Of a stretch of DNA of 64,000 nt, positions 58,054-64,000 are shown one piece after another. Where the stretch lies: positions 104,036,001-104,100,000 of the forward strand of contig OX597823.1 of NCBI GenBank assembly GCA_951406725.2. Direction: 5' to 3'. Position numbers and translations under genes: made by a program. Every line of letters begins with the position of its first letter. Position 1 is the stretch's first letter. This DNA comes from Octopus vulgaris. Its lineage: Eukaryota. The notes under the pieces were generated by a model, which saw only the letters and a program-made list of their open reading frames with translations, did no database searches and was not told where the DNA came from.

Positions 58054-58428
58054 GCAGTATCGCCCGGCGTTGCTCGGATTTGTTTCGACCCTTTAAAATT
58101 GGAATTTTTGAAATTGTCTAAATTTTGCATTATGTAGCTTGTTATTTTCTGGTTGAAATACGCCAAAAAATGTCGGCACAGCAGTCAAAAAATCGTAAAA
58201 AATAGGGATTTTCATAGAAAAAAAGCACCTTTTTGATGTAAATAATTTTCAGTGTTAACATGGTCTGATTTGAATTTTTTCTTCTAAGGAAGGAAGAGCA
58301 AGCTTTCTTCTATCATACTCTCAATTTTGGTCAACTTGTGCCGCAGGGTTTCGGAGGAGATAGTGTTAGTTGAAGGCTACCAAACCTGCTACACACACAG
58401 ACAACTTCAGCTTTATAGATATAGAGAT
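58050..58428 (-). mobile_element. Non-autonomous Helitron-like element
   Basis: Minus strand starts TCTCTATATCTATAAAGCTGAAG followed by a short TG microsatellite, and ends with hairpin CCGAGCAACGCCGGG ~10 nt before CTAC (CTAG expected). A similar end occurs at 43223-43250. Confidence 0.6.
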
Positions 58429-58584
58429 ATATATAATAAACGCGAAATTTTGTCCATATCTCAGTCTACATTTGCTCTACGTAGACATATACCTTTTTTG
58501 GAATGTGGATGATCCTGGGATTGAAAGTCTGCTCCTCATTCAGTTCCTTGAACCTAACTGGGCTCATTCCATTCCCACTCAGAG

Positions 58585-58798
58585 ATTCCCGTCCCAATCG
58601 TCTCTCTGGCCACACAATAATAATCACTCTACCCTACTCAGTACTTTCTTCCTAAAATGTCGGCCCAATCGAATTCCATCGTTGCTCATGTCTTTTCCTT
58701 CAGGTGTTGATTCACAGAAGTTCAAAAGGAACCTTGATAGAATCAATCTCAATGGTTGAAGAGTGCATGCAAAGGCATTTCACATGACTCACCAACCA
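58585..58798 (+). repeat. LINE (CR1/L2-like) 3' tail, with inverted near-identical copy at 59772-59985
   Basis: Reverse-complement match over ~215 bp; translation SFPSGVDSQKFKRNL resembles CR1/L2-group C-termini (family call tentative). Confidence 0.7.
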
Positions 58799-58885
58799 TG
58801 AAAAAAAAGACACACACACAAAAGCAAAAAAGTCAAAGCTGGTACATGTTTTCATTGATGTTGATATTTTAGCCTTCAAAGTAAC

Positions 58886-59177
58886 TGGCACTCTGTCGGT
58901 TACGATGACAAATGCGCCATTTGATCCGAGCAACAGAACAGCCTGCTTACGAAACTAATGTTCAAGTGGCTGATTACTCCACAGACACGCGTACTCTTAA
59001 TGTAATTCTCATGGAGATTCAGAGTGACACAGTATATGATAAGACTGGCCCTTTGAATTACAAGTACGACTCATTTTCCCAGCTGAGTGAATTGGTGCTA
59101 CGTGAAATAAACGCACGGCCAGGAATCGAACTCACGACCTTATGATGTGATCTGAATATACTAACTGGTAAGCCACG
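58886..59177 (-). mobile_element. tRNA-derived SINE sharing its 3' domain with family 2
   Basis: Minus strand has B box GTTCGATTCC and ends CATCGTAACCGACAGAGTGCCA. Confidence 0.75.
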
Positions 59178-59299
59178 GAAACTTACTCCATATATATAAG
59201 GAGTAAGTTTAACATACTCAAAGAAACAGTTCCACATATATGGTACTGTGTCTATGGACAAGGTTGTCTGTTTCACACACGTGCGTTCCATATGTTTAG

Positions 59300-59335
<36 letters not shown>

Positions 59336-60249
59336 ACACACACACATACACACACCTAGTAGCTACTGACACACGCCTTATGTTCACTCCTCAATCAATT
59401 GTAAATGAATAGATAATTAGTTTGACAACGAATGCTGTACTTACTTAATTTGACCTTTTGGGAAATGGAATTGTGGTTCATGATAGTGGTGATACTAGTG
59501 GTGGTCATGGGGAGATGGGGTTGGTGGTATCTTTATTGGAAAGTACAGTTGGTGCTTGTTCTGATGTCATGTGTGTGCGCGTGCGTGTGTGTATATGTGC
59601 GTGTGTGAATATTTAGATAGATATTATTATTGTTATTATTATCGAGGGCAATATAAATAATTGATAATAACAGCAATAATAATGTAATTGGTTGCAGGCT
59701 TAATTTAGCATCATATAGTCATAATTAAAATTCATATCATAAGGGCACACGAATGTGCCTGCCTGTCTGTTGGTTGGTGAGTCATGTGAAATGCCTTTGT
59801 ATGCACTCTTCAACCATTGAGATTGATTCTATCAAGGTTCCTTTTGAACTTCTGTGAATCAACACCTGAAGGAAAAGACATGAGCAACGATGGAATTCGA
59901 CTGGGCCGACATTTTAGGAAGAAAGTACTGAGTAGGGTGGAGTGATTATTATTGCGTGGCCAGAGAGACGATTGGGACGGGAATCTGTTTAATGAGCGTT
60001 TTAACTCCTATGTCTTCAGGCAGGCACATTCATGTGCCCTTAAGATATGAATTTTTTTTTAATACTTTTCTCGCTGGATTGCGTGTTCGTTTCCCTTTTT
60101 GCCGTATGTGATTTTATTTTTGATCTTCTATATAAATGAAGATATTTCCTCCGTCAGGCTGCTTTTCTTTCTACAAAACGGGAAGTTACATTGCGGAACA
60201 GCTATTTCAACGAGTTATATTCATTTATTACCCGACGAGATACATCTGC

Positions 60250-61159
60250 ACCACCGGATGCTCCTGAACCAGTTGTTGGAAATGCTTCAGAACCTCCAAC
60301 TAAGATGTCTGGTTAACGGTTTGACCAGGAGGAACAAATTATGTGTGGACAATTCCTTTCGGATCGATGAAACAAATCAATATTGTCTTGACATTGGACT
60401 TCACTTAACGCGCTTGGGAGGGGGGGCGTGGTGACATTGAAAGCTTCCATTGACTTGATTGCTGCTTCGTTTCCTGGTCGTAGCCGTAGTACCAGCTTTT
60501 GTCACCAGTGACGACCTTCGAAAAAAGGTTCGGATCAGCTTCCAACTATTCTTTCAGTTCAAGACATGCATTCAGTCGTGACTGCTTTTTATCTTCAGTG
60601 AGTAAATGAGACTCAAATGTTGCTGCTACTCTTTTCATTCGCAATTCCTCGCTCAAAAATCATTGCAGGAACTCCAGGACACATCAGTCATATCAACAAG
60701 CACGTCAACTGTTCAGCGACGGTCCTCCAAGTTCAGTTTTGAATTTTCATAATATTTTCATTCGGTTGGTAGGTCGACGGTCGCTCCGAATGAGGTTGGT
60801 CTTCAAGCAACAAGTGACCTTTCCTAAATTGTGAAAAACACTCGTAAACTTGTGTTTTATTCATGGCAGCGTCCTTGTAAGCTATTTGAAACACGATGAC
60901 TGTTCTGACCGCCGTTTTACTCCAGCAGAAAACAGAATTTCACGGAAGCACGCTATCGCTTCGTTTCAACCATCGCAAAAATCGATGGGAGAAGCACTGC
61001 AAAACAAAGAGGTAGCTCCTGGCAGTACGATTGCACTCGACGCCGGTCGGCACACTGATGTCCTAGGGTCGCATCAAGTGGGTTCTAGTGGCAGAAGCCT
61101 GAACTACGACGGGCTTATTTCACAGAGAATTTTTCCGGTTACTTTTGGGTACCCCCTCG
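60250..61159 (-). pseudogene. Decayed mariner transposon: one TIR + N-terminal half of the transposase
   Basis: Terminus TA-CGAGGGGGTACCCAAAAGTAACCGG. Minus translation VKFCFLL...AYKDAAMNKTQVYECFSQFRKG..LEDQPHSERPST and VTGDKSWYYGYDQETKQQSSQWK, with stops and frameshifts. Confidence 0.85.
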
Positions 61160-61244
61160 TATTATATATATCTATATATATATATATATAGCGGAAAAGT
61201 AAAAAGAAAACAAAGAAAATGTACATTAGATATAAAAAAAATAA

Positions 61245-61775
61245 ACGCTTTTTAAAGAAAAGCAAAGATATATACATACAATTAGATGATCTGAGGTGGA
61301 ATTATGAAGTATAAAAATCATTGTTATGAATCATTAACCGAACTCCCTAATTTTCCCTTTTTATCAATGTTCACAGAGTACCTCAATACAGCAAAGATTA
61401 AAGAGACAGCTTTCATCAGTAAATATCATCCACAACTCTACATAAACACACAACTTGATACAGGACACTACTAACCTTACCAATAATCCCACTAATCGCC
61501 ATACATCCCTTACATATTCCAGTATTTATTTCTACCTTAATTGTTTCACTTCCAGAACTGCTTACCTCCATTCCATGTAATCTTTTCACTTAGGTACTAT
61601 TAGACCCAACACCGTTTGGAAACTGGTGTTCATCCAAAGTCAGTGATCAGCTCTGACGATACCGGTATGACTTTGAATCTCTATAATGATTCCTAATAAT
61701 GATTTTTATATTTCATAATTTCACCCCAAATCAACTATTTGTATGTATATATATCTTTGCTTTTCTTAAAAACCC
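61245..61775 (+). mobile_element. Old PLE remnant with inverted terminal arms
   Basis: ~61250-61337 is a diverged reverse complement of ~61684-61772. Interior encodes IFPFYQCSQSTSIQQRL/KETAFISKYHPQL, resembling a PLE GIY-YIG C-terminus. Confidence 0.6.
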
Positions 61776-61871
61776 TTTTTTTATATCTAATTTTCTTTGT
61801 TTTCTTTTTACTTTTCCCCCTATCTATACCACGAGTAGTGTTTATTCTTTGAAACCTATTTCTTATATATA

Positions 61872-63005
61872 TAACGGGAAGCTTTATGAAAATAGACAAA
61901 AGACGAAGGCAGGTAGAAAACAAACAAACAATTGTATTAGTATGGCGCTCAGGAAATATAAATAAAACAAGTCTTTAACGTTTCGAGCCTACGCTCTTCA
62001 ACAGAAAGATACACAGAGAGAAAAAAACACAGAAAGAAGGAGAGAAAAAAAAATGCGTGCAGTAACTAACGAATCAACATGGCGATCTGATTTCGGCCAG
62101 AGGTCAAAGATCAAACATGAGACGCGAGAGCGAAATAAGGGGAGATAATAGGGTTGATAATAGGGTTGAATGACCAGCTATTAGTGCGTAGGAGGGGTCT
62201 GGACGTGTGTATGTATAGGGTTGGTGTATGTATTAGTATGTATTAGTATGTATAAGGGTGTGTGTGTGTGTTTGTGTGTGTATGAGAGAGTATTAGTGCG
62301 TGGGATAGGTCTGGACGTGCGTATGTATGGGATTGGTGTATGTATTAGTATGTATTAGTATGTATTAGTACGTATTAGTATGTATAAGTGTGTGTGTGTG
62401 TGTATGAGAGAGTATAAGTGCGTATGAGGGGTCTGGACGTGTGTATGTATAGGGGGGGTGTATGTAGTAGTATGTATTAGTATGTATTGGTACGTATTAG
62501 TATGTATTAGTTGGTGTATGTATTAGTATGGCACATCATATATGATGGGATGTGTAAAGTCGTGTGGTGTAGTGAGGAGAAGAGGGGGAGGGGGAGAAGA
62601 GGGGGAGGGGGAGAAGAGGGGGGAAGGGGAGGGGAAGAAGAGGGGGAGGATAGGGGGGAAGAGGAGAGGAGGGGGGAGAGAGAGAGGAGGGGGAGAAGGA
62701 AGGGGCGGAGGAGGGGGGAGGAAGGAGGAAAGATGGAGAGGGGGAGAGAGAAGGGGAGTGAGGGAGCAGAGGGAAGGGGAAGAGGGAAGGAGGGAGGGAG
62801 AAAGAGGGAAGAAGGGAAGGGGAGTAGGGGTGAAAGGATGAAGGACTGAAGAAGTAGGGGTCGGGGGGAGGATAGGTGAGGAGGGGGGAGAGAGGGGGTT
62901 AGATGAGGAGGGGGGAGAGTTGAGACCAAATGGCGTATAAGAGCGAAGAGAGAAGATTAATTCCTGTTCACGGCGCAAACGGGAATCCGGATGGCCTCTG
63001 TGTAA
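61872..63005 (-). mobile_element. Second copy of the same PLE family, more truncated
   Basis: 61872-62175 is near-identical to 35098-35385; encodes LHRGHPDSRLRREQELIFSLRSYTPFGLN; flanked by TA repeats. Confidence 0.88.
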
Positions 63006-63509
63006 ATATATATATATATATATATACATATATACCCGTGTGATGCACTCTCTCTCTCTCTTGTCTTCATTCTTTCCCCTTACCTTTCTTTCGTCCTCTC
63101 ACTTCTACCCTAGGTTTTCCACTTTCTCGTTTTCTCACCCTCACACTACTATTCTAACCTTTATACTTTCTCCTTTGCTCTCTCTCCCACTTGTATTCCT
63201 AGCCTTTCTCTTCTCTCTTTTTTCTCACTTCATCCTTCCCCTTTTTTTTCTCTTTGTCGTTCTCTCTCCCTCTCTCTTACTGACCCGCGGCCAGCTTTCT
63301 CCCTTTCTCAATATGGGAAACCCACAGTCTTATCATTAATGGTGCGAAACTGAGTATTACCAATTGGCTGATAACCGATGAAGAATTAGGGACCCTCTGT
63401 GTTTGTCTCCCGTCCAGTTTTACACTCAATATACGTTATGTCGTTTGTTTATTTACCATACATTTTTTTATTTATTAAGTAATGGAACGCAACACACACG
63501 GAATTAGTA

Positions 63510-63571
<62 letters not shown>

Positions 63572-63649
63572 TGTATGTATGTATGTATGTATGTATGTAT
63601 GTATGTATGTATGTATGTATGTATGTATGTATGTATGTATGTATCAAAC

Positions 63650-63803
63650 GAAGCTTTTGCACAGTTTGCGTTCACCAAATTCGTTCGCAAGACATCGGTC
63701 GGCCTTGAACAAATAGAAGCAAACATTTGCCCAAGATGGCTCCCAGTGGAAGTGGGGACACCAAAGCACGTGGTTACGAAACTAACTTCTTAAATAAGCA
63801 GCC
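63650..63803 (-). mobile_element. SINE family 1, highly diverged 5' half
   Basis: CAGTTTGCGTTCACCAAATTC...ACATTTGCCCAAGATGGC is collinear with the family. Confidence 0.55.
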
Positions 63804-64000
63804 ATTTTCTCCATATTTAAAGCTCTAGTATTTCCTCTATTTTACTTTCTGAAATATTTCAAGATACTTTCAACGATGCTTGCATTCAAAGGCATATCTA
63901 TACCAGATGGTGCATTCAACGGGTTATAACATCTGTTTCGCATGAAGTAAACGTCACAGGTTTATTCGTTTATTTATTTATTCATCCATTAACTTATTTT

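Noticed and set aside
61608-61676. Possible type II hammerhead (GAAAC...GTC...CTGACGA)
   Set aside because: Stem II pairing is unconvincing; at most a decayed motif.

Overview
AT-rich animal (eukaryotic) DNA saturated with microsatellites ((TA)n, (CA)n, (TACA)n, (AAT)n). The repeat content resembles a coleoid cephalopod, probably Octopus (inference from SINE, RTE and Penelope types, not verified). No host protein-coding gene can be supported; nearly all ORFs in the track are microsatellite translations. The one long real ORF (50694-54512, ~1270 aa) is an apparently intact Dong/R4-clade non-LTR retrotransposon (RT + CCHC + restriction-like endonuclease) with a ~450-bp (AAT)n tail. The rest is a transposon mosaic: tRNA-derived SINEs, mariner remnants and MITEs, a Helitron-like element, RTE, CR1 and L1/Tx1 LINE fragments, and many Penelope-like element (PLE) pieces in (TA)n tracts. 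Three signals stand out. (1) About a dozen hammerhead-ribozyme motifs in PLE termini and fold-back mini-elements, including family-wide non-canonical cores (CUGU[U/A]GA, CCGACGA). (2) A 30-copy 39-bp hairpin-containing array inside an RTE ORF, whose junction looks like snap-back templated synthesis. (3) The intact (TAA)n-associated retroelement with a possibly structured 5' leader.
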